From Candidatus Latescibacterota bacterium (GTDB taxonomy: Bacteria > Latescibacterota > UBA2968 > GCA-2709665): a stretch of DNA of 64,000 nucleotides. The stretch covers positions 3,872,001-3,936,000 of the forward strand of contig OZ241917.1 of assembly GCA_965203805.1 (NCBI GenBank). The letters run 5' to 3'. The notes beneath the pieces were generated by a model. That model was given only the letters and a program-made list of their open reading frames with translations, was not told the DNA's origin and made no database searches. The position numbers and the translations under genes are program-made. The first letter of the stretch is position 1. Every line of letters starts with the position of its first letter. Positions 19,939 to 30,160 of the stretch are shown one piece after another.

Positions 19939-20889
19939 ATGGTTACGGTCAAAAACATGCCGGAAGGAACTTCACACCGGGTTCATTCATCCGCTGTCGT
20001 CGGAACCGGAACAATGATTGGGGATTATACTTCGATTATGAAGGGGGTAATGGTTGGCGCAGAATGTGAAATCGGACAACATGTGGTAATTCACCCGGAT
20101 ACGATAATTGAAGATGGTGTGCGTATTGACGACCATGCGACGATCGGGAAGTTGCCAATGAGAAGTGTTGCCAGCGCTTTCAATCGAAGTGACCAGCCCG
20201 AGCCAGCAAGGATCGGAAGCGGCTGTTTGGTTGGTACATCAGCGATCCTGTACCGAGGGTGTCGAATTGGAAATCATGTCCTGATTGCTGACCAGGCGAC
20301 TGTACGAGAGGATAGCACGGTGGGGGATTATACGATTATTGGACGGAACGTCGCGCTCGAAAGCCAGGTAATCGTAGGGAGGTTGTGCAAGATTGAGGCA
20401 GGAGCGTATGTTGCCGGACCTTCAGAGATTGAGGAAGGTTGTTTTGTTGCCCCAGGCGTGGTTGTTACCAATGACAACTTCATGGGCCGGACGGAAGCCA
20501 GAAAACGGAAATTTAGAGGGATTAGAATTGAAGTCGGAGGCCGAATTGGTGCTAATTCTACAATCCTCCCCGGTAAACGAATCGCGCCTGATGGAGTGGT
20601 GGCCGCAGGTGCGGTTGTAACACGTGACGTGCCGGCGCGCACGGTGGTTTCCGGACTCCCTGCGCGTTATCTCCGCGATGTAACGCCCGAGGAGTTTTGG
20701 CGGCATCAAGAACCAGTGGTACGCGGTGACCTCGAAATGGAACCCCGAGGCACAGATTCCAGTTCACGAGAATGCGAACGGAACAGGGGGTCGGCAGAAG
20801 AGGGTCGCCTAGCGGGGTACTTCTTCAACGAATTGACATTTGAGTATCAAGAACTACCTGGAAATGGGGGATCGGCATTTGGGAATTGA
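19939..20889 (+). CDS. Hexapeptide-repeat sugar N-acetyltransferase (WbpD-like)
   Basis: Left-handed beta-helix repeats; APGVVVTND, IGANSTILPG, VVAAGAVVTRDVP..GLPAR. Confidence 0.88.
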   Translation: MVTVKNMPEGTSHRVHSSAVVGTGTMIGDYTSIMKGVMVGAECEIGQHVVIHPDTIIEDGVRIDDHATIGKLPMRSVASAFNRSDQPEPARIGSGCLVGTSAILYRGCRIGNHVLIADQATVREDSTVGDYTIIGRNVALESQVIVGRLCKIEAGAYVAGPSEIEEGCFVAPGVVVTNDNFMGRTEARKRKFRGIRIEVGGRIGANSTILPGKRIAPDGVVAAGAVVTRDVPARTVVSGLPARYLRDVTPEEFWRHQEPVVRGDLEMEPRGTDSSSRECERNRGSAEEGRLAGYFFNELTFEYQELPGNGGSAFGN

Positions 20890-20890
20890 A

Positions 20891-21460
20891 ATGGGGCCGC
20901 AGCATTATGACAAGGTATACGAGTCTACGGAACTCTACCGCCTTCACTATTCGCAGTCCCGCTGCTACGAATTATGGAAGCGGGTCTTGAGGTTTATGCG
21001 GGTATTTCCGTCACCGCGTGTTTTGGAAATCGGGTGCGGAACCGGGCAGTTTGCGCATATGCTCTGGGATACGGGCTATAGGCAATACCATGGTTTCGAT
21101 TTCAGTACCGCAGCAGTTCGAATTGCGACGGGTGCCTGCGAACAGTCGTTTACGGTCGCTGACGCAAGAAAGCCTGAAGCATATCAATGGAATTACAATC
21201 TGGCGCTTGCAATCGATTTTCTGGAACACGTTGAAGACGATTTTGAGATCCTTGGACACATTAGTCCGGGGACGCCACTTGTATTTACCTTGCCGACCTT
21301 CGATGATCCAGCGCATGTGAGATGGTTTCGGCATCCGGACGAGATCTATGATCGGTATGGAGTCTGCATCAGTTTTACAGGTTTATCGTTTGTCAAGCCG
21401 TGGTTCGTGTGTCTGGGACACGTGGCTCGACCGGCAGTGAAATCTGTACCATTGGTTTGA
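20891..21460 (+). CDS. Class I SAM-dependent methyltransferase (start uncertain, 20864 possible)
   Basis: VLEIGCGTG, GFDFS, FLEHVEDD. Confidence 0.85.
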   Translation: MGPQHYDKVYESTELYRLHYSQSRCYELWKRVLRFMRVFPSPRVLEIGCGTGQFAHMLWDTGYRQYHGFDFSTAAVRIATGACEQSFTVADARKPEAYQWNYNLALAIDFLEHVEDDFEILGHISPGTPLVFTLPTFDDPAHVRWFRHPDEIYDRYGVCISFTGLSFVKPWFVCLGHVARPAVKSVPLV

Positions 21461-21519
21461 GTTAAACCGTCGTCGATATCAAAGAAATCCCGATATCCAA
21501 TCTGTCGAAGAGATGATGC

Positions 21520-22305
21520 ATGTCACCTATCTGGGACTCTGATTTCAGTTACGCATATTTTGAAAATATCCTCGAAGTTGCGAAACGCAATTATTGTCTG
21601 AGTCTCCTTGGTGACGCTCCAGAGGTACTACAGCGACCTTCCGCAAGGCCGCGGCTATTCCTTCGCCATGACGTGGATTTCGATTTGGGTGCGGCGCTTA
21701 GGTTGGCGGAAGTAGAGAGCAGGTTCAATGTCACTGCCACCTATATGGTTATGGTCAATTCCCCTTTCTATCGTGCAGACACGAAGCACGCAAGTAGCAT
21801 ATTCCTTCGTCTTATGTCACTGGGACATGAAATAGGTTTACACTTTTACTTTAGGCGGTGTGCTTGTTTGGGCGAGGACGTCGGGGTCGATGCCTTGTTG
21901 CCAGAAATACAAAATGCATGCGCGCAACTTGAAGATAGTATTCGACTTCCTGTAACGTCCTTTTCTCTTCATCGTCCGTTAAGCCGGTTCTTGGGTGGCG
22001 ACTTGCTTGTCGGTGGGAAAGTGAATGCATACGCAGGTGTTCTAATGGATTGGTATCTGTCTGATTCAAAAGGATCCTGGCGCGAAGGAGAACCGCTGCC
22101 GAAACTGTTAAATCCAGTACGTCCAAATTTGCAGCTGTTGATCCATCCCATTTGGTGGGGCGGCAGTCGGATTGCACCAAGGATGCGCTTAGAACGGTTC
22201 CTAGATGAAAAGGCTTGCGGTCTGACCGCACATCAACTGAAGGAACTAAATGCTACACTCCAAGAATATGTCACGATCCCGAATTTAAGGATTCGTGGAG
22301 GCTAA
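21520..22305 (+). CDS. Polysaccharide deacetylase-like protein (WbmS-like)
   Basis: LRHDVD, GHEIGLH, YLSDSKGSW, QLLIHPIWW. Confidence 0.75.
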   Translation: MSPIWDSDFSYAYFENILEVAKRNYCLSLLGDAPEVLQRPSARPRLFLRHDVDFDLGAALRLAEVESRFNVTATYMVMVNSPFYRADTKHASSIFLRLMSLGHEIGLHFYFRRCACLGEDVGVDALLPEIQNACAQLEDSIRLPVTSFSLHRPLSRFLGGDLLVGGKVNAYAGVLMDWYLSDSKGSWREGEPLPKLLNPVRPNLQLLIHPIWWGGSRIAPRMRLERFLDEKACGLTAHQLKELNATLQEYVTIPNLRIRGG

Positions 22306-22323
22306 CTTCGACGGAAAAGTCGT

Positions 22324-23097
22324 GTGCATGCTGCGCAATGGATTCTCGTAGTTAAGACAAAGACCGGGGGGAATAACGAAGTGCCGATTGTAATGAGTGC
22401 GCATCAACCCAATTGTTTGCCCTGGCTGGGTTTCTTTCACAAAATGACCTATAGCGACGTATTCGTTTTTCTGGATGATGTTCAATTTACAAATAAGACA
22501 TATACAAATCGGTACTATGTGAAATTCAACGGCAATAAAGTGCGCCTAAGCGTACCTGTGCTTAAATCAAAATCGCTTCGAAAGATAAGAGAGATCGAAA
22601 TAGACACTCGTATGTTCTCGTACAAACACATTCAGACATTCCATCATGCGTACGGGAAATCTATCGGTTTTGATGAGATATTCCCAATTCTCCTTCCGCA
22701 CTTTGAGATGGGAAAAATCAATCTTGCGGAATTAAATATGGGGCTCATTAGGGCACTGGCAGACTATATGGAGTTGACACCCCGATTTATAAGGTTGTCG
22801 GATCTGGGACTCAAGAGTAAGAAAAACCAGCTACTAATCGATATAGCTAAAAAATGTGAAGTGGACATTTTTGTTTCAGGAGTTGGCGCCAGAGCCTATA
22901 TCTCAGGTCACGAATACAGATATGCAGAGAAAGGGATATTATTGGCATTCCAGAATTTCATCCATCCTGTTTACGTCCAATCAACCGGCCCCTTCCTGGC
23001 AGGGTGCAGTATTGTCGACTTGCTATTTAATACTGGAAGACTTGCTCTGGACCATCTAGTCAGCCAGAAGCAAGCTCCATACATATATGCTAAGTGA
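22324..23097 (+). CDS. WbqC-family protein (start may be further downstream)
   Basis: AHQPNCLPWLGFFHKM..DVFVFLDDVQF..NR; HPVYVQ..SIVDLLFN. Confidence 0.88.
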   Translation: MHAAQWILVVKTKTGGNNEVPIVMSAHQPNCLPWLGFFHKMTYSDVFVFLDDVQFTNKTYTNRYYVKFNGNKVRLSVPVLKSKSLRKIREIEIDTRMFSYKHIQTFHHAYGKSIGFDEIFPILLPHFEMGKINLAELNMGLIRALADYMELTPRFIRLSDLGLKSKKNQLLIDIAKKCEVDIFVSGVGARAYISGHEYRYAEKGILLAFQNFIHPVYVQSTGPFLAGCSIVDLLFNTGRLALDHLVSQKQAPYIYAK

Positions 23098-23185
23098 TAT
23101 AGGGCGCGGAAAAGTGCTCAATGAACTCCTAAGGGTTTGAGGTCGGCCGGCAGTTCGTACCCTTTAATGCTTCGGATGGTTAACG

Positions 23186-24709
23186 GTGCTAATACTCACA
23201 GGCGTCTGCATCATTGCGGCGTTGGTTAGAGTTATCCCTCGGTTATTCGCGCCAGCTATGGTCACCGATACCTATGGGCATTGGATCCTAATAAAAAAAA
23301 TAAGGGAAAAGGGTATTATCGAGGCACATAATGATGTGCACTATTACCCGTTAGGCTTTCATTGGCTGCTCAGTTTTATTCCAGATAGACTTTTGCCCCA
23401 TTGGGACCGGATCAATGGGGCCTTTTTTGACGTTTTACACGTCGTCCTCTTTTCATTCGCAATTTGGAGGCATTCGGTCGAAAGCAAAATGCCTGATGAA
23501 ATTGTGTGGGGCTGGGCGCCGTTACTTCTGGCGCTATCTCCGGCCTGGTTATCGTTGGGGCGAGGCCCAAGAGCTTACCATGGCACTGCGCGCGTATTTG
23601 GTGAGTTATTGGTCAGCGGAGTCTTCGTATGTATTTGGATATACCAGGATACTGGTTCGATGGAGTGGCTGACTTGTGCGATCATTGTGAGCGTAGTACT
23701 GATGCTATCGAGCAAATTTGGCTCGCAGGTCCTTTTGTCGTTCTGTTTGATTATTGGCGTACTCCAACGCAGTATCATTCTAATGTCTATACCTTTTGTC
23801 TCAGGTCTGCTGGCATATGCGTTCTCAAAGAAGGCATATGGCACGATTCTTAAAGGGCATATCCGTCATTTAAAATGGTATGCGAGCAATATCAAAAAGA
23901 AGAGAATGTTTATTGCAAACCGTAACTCCCTCCGGGAAATATGGCGGATATACAGGCAATCTGGCATTCTAGCGGCTGCGTACAGGTTTTTTGGTGTAAA
24001 TAGCGTGGGTGTAGGGATTTTTCAACATCTAATTTTGATAGTCGTCCTGATCCAAACCGGCGGAAGCGACGTATCTGGTACGTTGCCAAATTACCTATGG
24101 CATTGGTTGTTCGCGGGCGTCTGTCTGTGGATGCTTTCTTCCATGAAATTTCTGTTGTTTATCGGCGCTGCTGAAAGGTATCTCTTTGCAATGGCGATCC
24201 CGGAATACATCCTGATCGCAGACTACTTGCTCGATGGTCCGGCAGGAGCACGCTGGGTGATACTCTTCGGATCTGTTTTCGTTTGGCTAGTCTTCGTATG
24301 GCAGATGCGCATACAGTATGGTGGGTACTATTATTTGGAGACCAAAGCAAGAAAACAAACCATAGGTTTTCTTAATACGCTAACTTCAATGAGACTGCTC
24401 ACGTTCGACCGATCGCCTGCATGGGACATAGCATATAAGACCAATCACCACCATTTTATGATTGTTCCGGAATTTGACGCAACATCATCATGGGATGATC
24501 TCTTTGAATATGATACATATCCCAGCTGGAAGGCTGTGTCCCTTTTAGATCTACGATTAATTGTAGTGAGTCGCGAGGCAGTGATGGATGCCATACGAAA
24601 GAAGATCCCTGTTGCATTTCCGTTTTCGGAGCTTGAGAAGCTGTTCGACAATGGAATGTATCAGGTATATCGTGTGCCAGAGTCCTTGTTTCATCCAATC
24701 GGGTCCTGA
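23186..24709 (+). CDS. Multi-pass membrane protein, possible GT-C fold glycosyltransferase
   Basis: N-terminal TM, acidic loop (TDTYGH), YYPLGFHWLL, many TM helices, soluble C-terminal domain. Confidence 0.6.
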   Translation: MLILTGVCIIAALVRVIPRLFAPAMVTDTYGHWILIKKIREKGIIEAHNDVHYYPLGFHWLLSFIPDRLLPHWDRINGAFFDVLHVVLFSFAIWRHSVESKMPDEIVWGWAPLLLALSPAWLSLGRGPRAYHGTARVFGELLVSGVFVCIWIYQDTGSMEWLTCAIIVSVVLMLSSKFGSQVLLSFCLIIGVLQRSIILMSIPFVSGLLAYAFSKKAYGTILKGHIRHLKWYASNIKKKRMFIANRNSLREIWRIYRQSGILAAAYRFFGVNSVGVGIFQHLILIVVLIQTGGSDVSGTLPNYLWHWLFAGVCLWMLSSMKFLLFIGAAERYLFAMAIPEYILIADYLLDGPAGARWVILFGSVFVWLVFVWQMRIQYGGYYYLETKARKQTIGFLNTLTSMRLLTFDRSPAWDIAYKTNHHHFMIVPEFDATSSWDDLFEYDTYPSWKAVSLLDLRLIVVSREAVMDAIRKKIPVAFPFSELEKLFDNGMYQVYRVPESLFHPIGS

Positions 24710-24804
24710 ACCCCATCTAAATGGATAGAACAAAAGGGCACAGGGCCGGGATAAGACTCTTACTCGCACAGTCGCAGGGACGCGTTCGTTTCCCGTGAAC
24801 TGAA

Positions 24805-26589
24805 ATGCTAATTTCAAAAGCCCAATCGACCAGTCTGTGTAAACGATTCGGAATCGTAGCCTTGAGTTTACTTTCCGCGTTATCCTTCGGTGTGACCTAC
24901 GGATGGTCTGATCAGACAGTTTACATGCTTCCCGGACTCAAGTTGGCAAACCCTTCTCTATGGAACAACGACTGGCTTGTATCGGAGACTACACACCCTC
25001 ACGTCGCGTTCAATTACCTCGTTTATGCGCTTTCAATGATTGGTCCTGTTGAGTGGACAACGGCGGCACTTCATCTGGTGATGATGTTTGCGGTAGTCGT
25101 AAGTGTTTTTTTCCTTCTCGCCGGCCTGTATGAACGCCCACTCTTGCCGTTTTTGTTCTCGCTTGTTCTCTTGCACATGATTTTTGGCAGGGTGGTCTTA
25201 TCTCATGGGTTCTTCCTGCCGTTGCTGTTGCCGACGAATATTGCGGCGTGTTTTTTTCTCGTGGGTATTGCGACGTTAACTCGCGCAGTAAGGCAATGGT
25301 CGAATACAGGGCGCCAACCGAATTGCCCTACAGCGGCTGCGCACGGCCTACGTTTTCTTGGGCTTTATGGGTTTTTCGTTTCTGGTCTGCTGTTTGGCCT
25401 CAGTGGTCTTTTTCACGGCACTTTTCTCTGCCTGGTTCCGGTGTTTCTGGTGGGTTTGCTAATTTGCCGGCGAATGGCTGTATGTCAGGTGGTTGTCCTT
25501 GGCGTACCGTTCTTCGTGGTGATTCTTCCTGCCCTCTGGTGGGCCTTACGCTCATTCGTTGTGGACGAGGCGGGAAGTCTTGAAAGGTTAGACGAAATCG
25601 CACGTATCCGGATTCCGCATCACTATCTGCCATCGACTTGGGGAAAAGAAACGATATTGATGTTTGCTGGTAGCATGTTGCTGGGTGCGATAGGGATCAT
25701 CCTGAGACGGCCGGCGAGAAAGGAAGCTTCAGTCGTGTTCGCCTCGGTAGCCTCAATCGCGGGCGTTTCAGTCTTGGTGTTCTTCTCGACTGTTGTATTC
25801 TTCGTGCCTCAAATTGCTATGCTTCAGACTTATCGATTTGTGGCATTTCTCTCGGTCTTCAGTGTCTTGTTTTTTGCGGGTGCAATTGCAGGGCAGGTCG
25901 AATTAGCACCGAGTTCGCGTTGGGCTTTGAAGACTGGTGTAACGTACATATTTGTGGCAATTGGGCTATCGGTCGCGTCTTGGATAGATGTTTACGTTGG
26001 GATCACTCTTGGGGTACTGTATTTGTTCGGGCTGGCAGGAACACAGTTAGAATGGCATCGTCCAAGTTTATCATGGATTGGGGAATTATCGCTCATTTTC
26101 GTCGTAACAATCTTTGTTGGCTTGTACGCTGTTGAACGATTTCCATATTCCAGGCAGGCATTGATACCGGTACAAAAATCGAGAGCCGCACTATTTAAGT
26201 GGGTGCAAGAAACTACCCCGAAGGATGCGGTCTTCATTGTGCCGATCGATTTACAGAGGTTTCGGCTGCACACAAAACGCAGCATCGTAGCTGACTGGAA
26301 AGGCAATTCATATCGACTTGAAGACGTGGAAGAGTGGGTCCGCCGAATTCGCGCAGTTTGTGGAAATCCGATGGCCTATTCATACCGTGAGCTGTATAGA
26401 GGATATCAGACAATGGAAGTAAATAGAGCTCGACGGTTGGCCGATGAATTTGGAGCACAGTATGTGGTCGTTAAAGCCTTTCAGCACAAGGGTCATCTCG
26501 GCGAATTTGAAAGGGTTTATTCTCGAGGTGGGTTCTTGGTCTACCGAATTTGTCGGTCGATCGCAATTTCGGAGGAATTCGTCACATGA
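24805..26589 (+). CDS. Multi-pass membrane protein with DUF6798-like region, possible GT-C
   Basis: DQTVY..NDW, RIPHHYLP, WVQETTPKDAVFIVP..FRL..RSIVADWK..EWVRRI. Confidence 0.7.
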   Translation: MLISKAQSTSLCKRFGIVALSLLSALSFGVTYGWSDQTVYMLPGLKLANPSLWNNDWLVSETTHPHVAFNYLVYALSMIGPVEWTTAALHLVMMFAVVVSVFFLLAGLYERPLLPFLFSLVLLHMIFGRVVLSHGFFLPLLLPTNIAACFFLVGIATLTRAVRQWSNTGRQPNCPTAAAHGLRFLGLYGFFVSGLLFGLSGLFHGTFLCLVPVFLVGLLICRRMAVCQVVVLGVPFFVVILPALWWALRSFVVDEAGSLERLDEIARIRIPHHYLPSTWGKETILMFAGSMLLGAIGIILRRPARKEASVVFASVASIAGVSVLVFFSTVVFFVPQIAMLQTYRFVAFLSVFSVLFFAGAIAGQVELAPSSRWALKTGVTYIFVAIGLSVASWIDVYVGITLGVLYLFGLAGTQLEWHRPSLSWIGELSLIFVVTIFVGLYAVERFPYSRQALIPVQKSRAALFKWVQETTPKDAVFIVPIDLQRFRLHTKRSIVADWKGNSYRLEDVEEWVRRIRAVCGNPMAYSYRELYRGYQTMEVNRARRLADEFGAQYVVVKAFQHKGHLGEFERVYSRGGFLVYRICRSIAISEEFVT

Positions 26590-27803
26590 AGGTCTGCATG
26601 ATTACGTTTCAATATCCGCCGGTGTTTAACGGGGGTGTAGGGAGTGTCGCCTTCCGATTGGCTAGGAATCTGGCGTCGGCAGGAGTTGACGTGCATGTTA
26701 TCGCTCCGGGTACCCATCATTTGGATGACCCGATAGCGCCTGCCTCCGAGGATGGAGCAATTGTCCACCGAACTTATCCGGCGCTTGGTTCCTACTTTGG
26801 AGACCATACCCAACTGGGGCGAATCGGCGACCACGTAATCAAATTGCATCGCGAGGTGGATTTCGATTTGGTACATGCTTTGTTTCTGGTGCCGGCGGGA
26901 CAGTTAGGCGCGATTGTAGCTGGGCAAATCGACCGGCCATTGGTGGCTAGCGCTCATGGAAGCGATATTGAATTGATGCGGTACAACCCGGCGCTGATCG
27001 GGACATTGCGGTGGGTACTCAATGAGGCGGATATCGTTACGGCTGTTAGTGCTGAGTTGCTGAACAAAGCACAAAGATTCGCCAACATAAGGGACGGGAG
27101 AGTTATTCCGAATGCTTTCGATCCGGAATCGTTCGAGCCGTGGTCCCTTAAGGAAGTATCGGCCAACCAGGGATGGCGGTTTCAGGTATTCGTGGAGTCG
27201 TTTTTGCGTACGAAACGGCGTGGCGGGCCGGTGATCGGCACAGCCGGGATGATTCGACCTGCTAAGGGTCTCCCGGTTCTGCTGGATGCTTTTCATAAGT
27301 TAATGGGGACGGTGTCAGATGCGCATCTGCTGATAGTAGGTGATATCGTAAACCCCCAGGATAAGAAGAGATATTTAAGTCGAATCAAGACTATGGGATT
27401 GAAACGAAAGGTAACATTGACCGGTTCGGTACCGCCAAGGCAGGTGATGGCCTGGATGCGGGAAATGGATGTTTTCGCCCTTCCGTCGTTACATGAAGGA
27501 TCTCCTTGCGCATTGATGGAGGCGATGGGTTCTGGGCTCGCCGTAGTCGCGACGAACGTAGGCGGAATACCAGACCTCGTGACGGATGGTGTGAATGGAA
27601 TGCTGGTTGACTACGGCGACTCAGGGATACTGGCGGAGAAACTGTCCGCATTGTGTCTTGATACTGCGACCCGCGCCCGGCTCGGCATTGCTGCGAAGCA
27701 AACAGTCGAAACCGGCCTCCTGCCGAAAGACGAAACGGAAACCTGGCTGGACGCGTATTGTTCTGTCATTGCTGAAACATGCCCGCCCGAAATTGTGAAA
27801 TAA
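26586..27803 (+). CDS. Glycosyltransferase family 4
   Basis: YPPVFNGG, HGSDI, KG, EGSPCALMEAMGSG..VGGIPD; ATGA overlap with the previous gene. Confidence 0.92.
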   Translation: MKVCMITFQYPPVFNGGVGSVAFRLARNLASAGVDVHVIAPGTHHLDDPIAPASEDGAIVHRTYPALGSYFGDHTQLGRIGDHVIKLHREVDFDLVHALFLVPAGQLGAIVAGQIDRPLVASAHGSDIELMRYNPALIGTLRWVLNEADIVTAVSAELLNKAQRFANIRDGRVIPNAFDPESFEPWSLKEVSANQGWRFQVFVESFLRTKRRGGPVIGTAGMIRPAKGLPVLLDAFHKLMGTVSDAHLLIVGDIVNPQDKKRYLSRIKTMGLKRKVTLTGSVPPRQVMAWMREMDVFALPSLHEGSPCALMEAMGSGLAVVATNVGGIPDLVTDGVNGMLVDYGDSGILAEKLSALCLDTATRARLGIAAKQTVETGLLPKDETETWLDAYCSVIAETCPPEIVK

Positions 27804-28579
27804 CAACCATTGAATATTGTACGTGTGTACCTGGTGAATATTGGAGTGGACTATTTGGCCAAAACCAAATCGACGCGAATATTGAGTAGGTTTGTTTCTC
27901 TACAGGAGTCACCCGAGTTTCGTAGAATCTAGCTGGAAGTCGGTATTGCAGTCCTTGGTGCGCGTGTTCCTAGCTTTGGAAGATGATATATAATGCGAGG
28001 GTCACATCTGAAGCTCGGGTACGGTCTCTTAGCTCTTCTTGTGAAGGCTCTGCATTTGACGGGCTTCGCGGCCGTTCAACGAAGGCCTTGTCTAGGACAC
28101 GTTCCTGGCTGTCCGTGCGGATGAGGGTGTTTTTCCCCTTGAGGCGATTGCTGAACCGTGGATACGTAAACTAAGAATCGTGATGGGAGCTTAAAATGTC
28201 GGGCGTGGCCTTACTCAGGGCCTTTTGTCGAGCGCGCTAAAGCGGAAAGCCGCCTTCAGCGCACCGGAGACCGGCTGAGCAAGCAGATATTGGCTAATCC
28301 AATCCATCGCTGCCTTCAGATAGAAAAACTAAAGCGACCGGCGCCCCGGGTAGGTAATGTCGGTGCGCAAGACCGGATTGGGTAGGTTGATCACTAGATT
28401 CCGCAGTCGGTCAGGATAGGCAAGATAGTCTGGTGTTGGGCCGCGGATTGATCGTTTCCAGCACATCTAATCAAACCCGCACGGTCTTGCAGTTGACTCA
28501 GTAACCCAATCTCTACAAGAACAGATAATTCGTCGACGCGAGATCCCTAGAGACGCGTTCGGGTATTCTGCTGAGCAAT

Positions 28580-29671
28580 CTAGTGTCCTGTCCCAGAAAT
28601 AGCTTTACATAATCGTTCGATTTTGCGGAGGATGGATTCCGCGGTTGCGGTCCAGACAAAGGGCTTGGAAGTCTCGTTATAGTTGTCAGTGAAGGTTTGG
28701 ATTCTGTCGATGAGTTCTCTCACGGATCTGAAGGTGCCCCTTCTGATGGCCTTTTGCGTGATGATATTGAACCAGATCTCGACCTGGTTGAGCCAGGAGG
28801 CGTACGTCGGGGTAAAGTGAACGTGGTATCGGGGCCGTTTCGCCAGCCACTGTTTCACCTTGTTGTGCTTATGGGTACTATAGTTGTCGACGATCAAGTG
28901 AATCTCAAGATCTTCAGGCACGTTGTGGTCGATGTGATTGAGAAACTGCAAAAACTCCTGGTGGCGGTGTCTGCGCTTGCATTGCGTCAACACCTCTCCG
29001 GAAGCAATGTCCAAGGCAGCGAACAAGGTCGTGGTACCGTGCCGGATGTAATTGTGCGTCACGTTCTCCACGTATCCCAGCCCCATCGGCAACAGCGGCT
29101 GGGTGCGTTCCAGCGCCTGCGTCTGGCTTTTCTCGTCGACGCAAAGCACCATCGCGCTGTCGGGTGGGTCCAGGTATAAGCCCACAATGTCGTGCACCTT
29201 CTCGACGAAGAAGGGATCGGTGGACAGCTTGAAGTGCTTCTGACGGTGTGGCGCAATGCCCAAGGTGGACCAGACACGTTGAATCTCGGATTTGGATATC
29301 GTCGTTTCGGCAGCGATGGACCGACACGTCCAATGCGTGCTGCCATCGTCAGGTTTTGTGGTGAGCGTCTTCCGGATCAGTCCTGTGATCTTCTCGGCGT
29401 CAACCGTGCGCGGTCTGCCCGGACGGCGTTCATCATACAGACCCATTAATCCCTGTTGGAGAAAGCGGTTGCGCCATTTGATGACACTTTGCAAGCTCAA
29501 CTGTACCCTATCGGCAATGACACGGTTGCTGAGACCCTCGGCGCTCATCAAAACGATGTTGGCGCGTCGCACGAGACCGTGTGACAACGTACGAGACCGT
29601 GAAAGCGACGTTAGTTCCTCACGGACCTGGGGACTCAACACGACCGGCTTTCGCGGACGACCCCGTCCCAT
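28580..29671 (-). CDS. IS630-family transposase
   Basis: HTH region; VLCVDEKSQ, YIRHGT, IHLIVDNYSTHK, HFTPTYASWLNQVEIWF (DDE); stop codon supplied by the CTAG target. Confidence 0.96.
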   Translation of the reverse strand: MGRGRPRKPVVLSPQVREELTSLSRSRTLSHGLVRRANIVLMSAEGLSNRVIADRVQLSLQSVIKWRNRFLQQGLMGLYDERRPGRPRTVDAEKITGLIRKTLTTKPDDGSTHWTCRSIAAETTISKSEIQRVWSTLGIAPHRQKHFKLSTDPFFVEKVHDIVGLYLDPPDSAMVLCVDEKSQTQALERTQPLLPMGLGYVENVTHNYIRHGTTTLFAALDIASGEVLTQCKRRHRHQEFLQFLNHIDHNVPEDLEIHLIVDNYSTHKHNKVKQWLAKRPRYHVHFTPTYASWLNQVEIWFNIITQKAIRRGTFRSVRELIDRIQTFTDNYNETSKPFVWTATAESILRKIERLCKAISGTGH

Positions 29672-29765
29672 GGTTCTCTCCTTTCTTGAAAGGCGTGACA
29701 AACGGTTAGAGAGAACATAGGACAGCTTCTATAATTAATCAAGTTATTTTAGGGACAAGACACTA
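28581..29765 (-). mobile_element. Complete IS630-family insertion sequence
   Basis: Terminal inverted repeats CTAGTGTCCTGTCCCAGAAATAGCTT (28580-28605) and the complement of 29741-29766 match at 22 of 26 positions; TA duplication in a CTAG target. Confidence 0.95.
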
Positions 29766-30160
29766 GTTTGTCAAGCTTCTCGTGCTTCTTCAACGCTTCA
29801 AGGACGCCACGAAATTTGAACTGAGGAACCCGAATTCTAGGGTTCGTCGTTTGCTTCTTGCCTTGACCTGGTTTTCCATCTTCTACACTGGTCCATTGTT
29901 CAGGATCCACAAATTTCCCGAATTTGCATTGACGGACGGACATTTTACCATAAAACGTACAAGTGGAATCTTGCAAATGCCGGATGTTCATTCATTTATT
30001 ATGACAATGAGGGACATTCAACCTCCGTGTTCGATCTTTCAGCCTGAGGTAGTTGTTCTTTTAATTTAGTCGACCGCCCGCTAGCAACGGAGAATTGACG
30101 CGTTCGGCTTCAGAACACATGACGGCACGAAACAACTTGCAAGAAGGTCGCTTGAATTCT

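Larger units (their letters stand above)
27842..29914 (-). pseudogene. Heavily decayed IS3-family element interrupted by IS630
   Basis: Minus-strand fragments with stops and frameshifts read PQFKFRGVLEALK (OrfA-like, ~29770-29830), YPDRLRNLVI..TDITY..FYLKAAMDWIS, ATPDILSSHHDS*FT, LDKAFVER and EHAHQGLQYRLPARFY (OrfB integrase core, ~27915-28460); GTGGA-N13-ACCA end motif at both ends. Confidence 0.75.
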
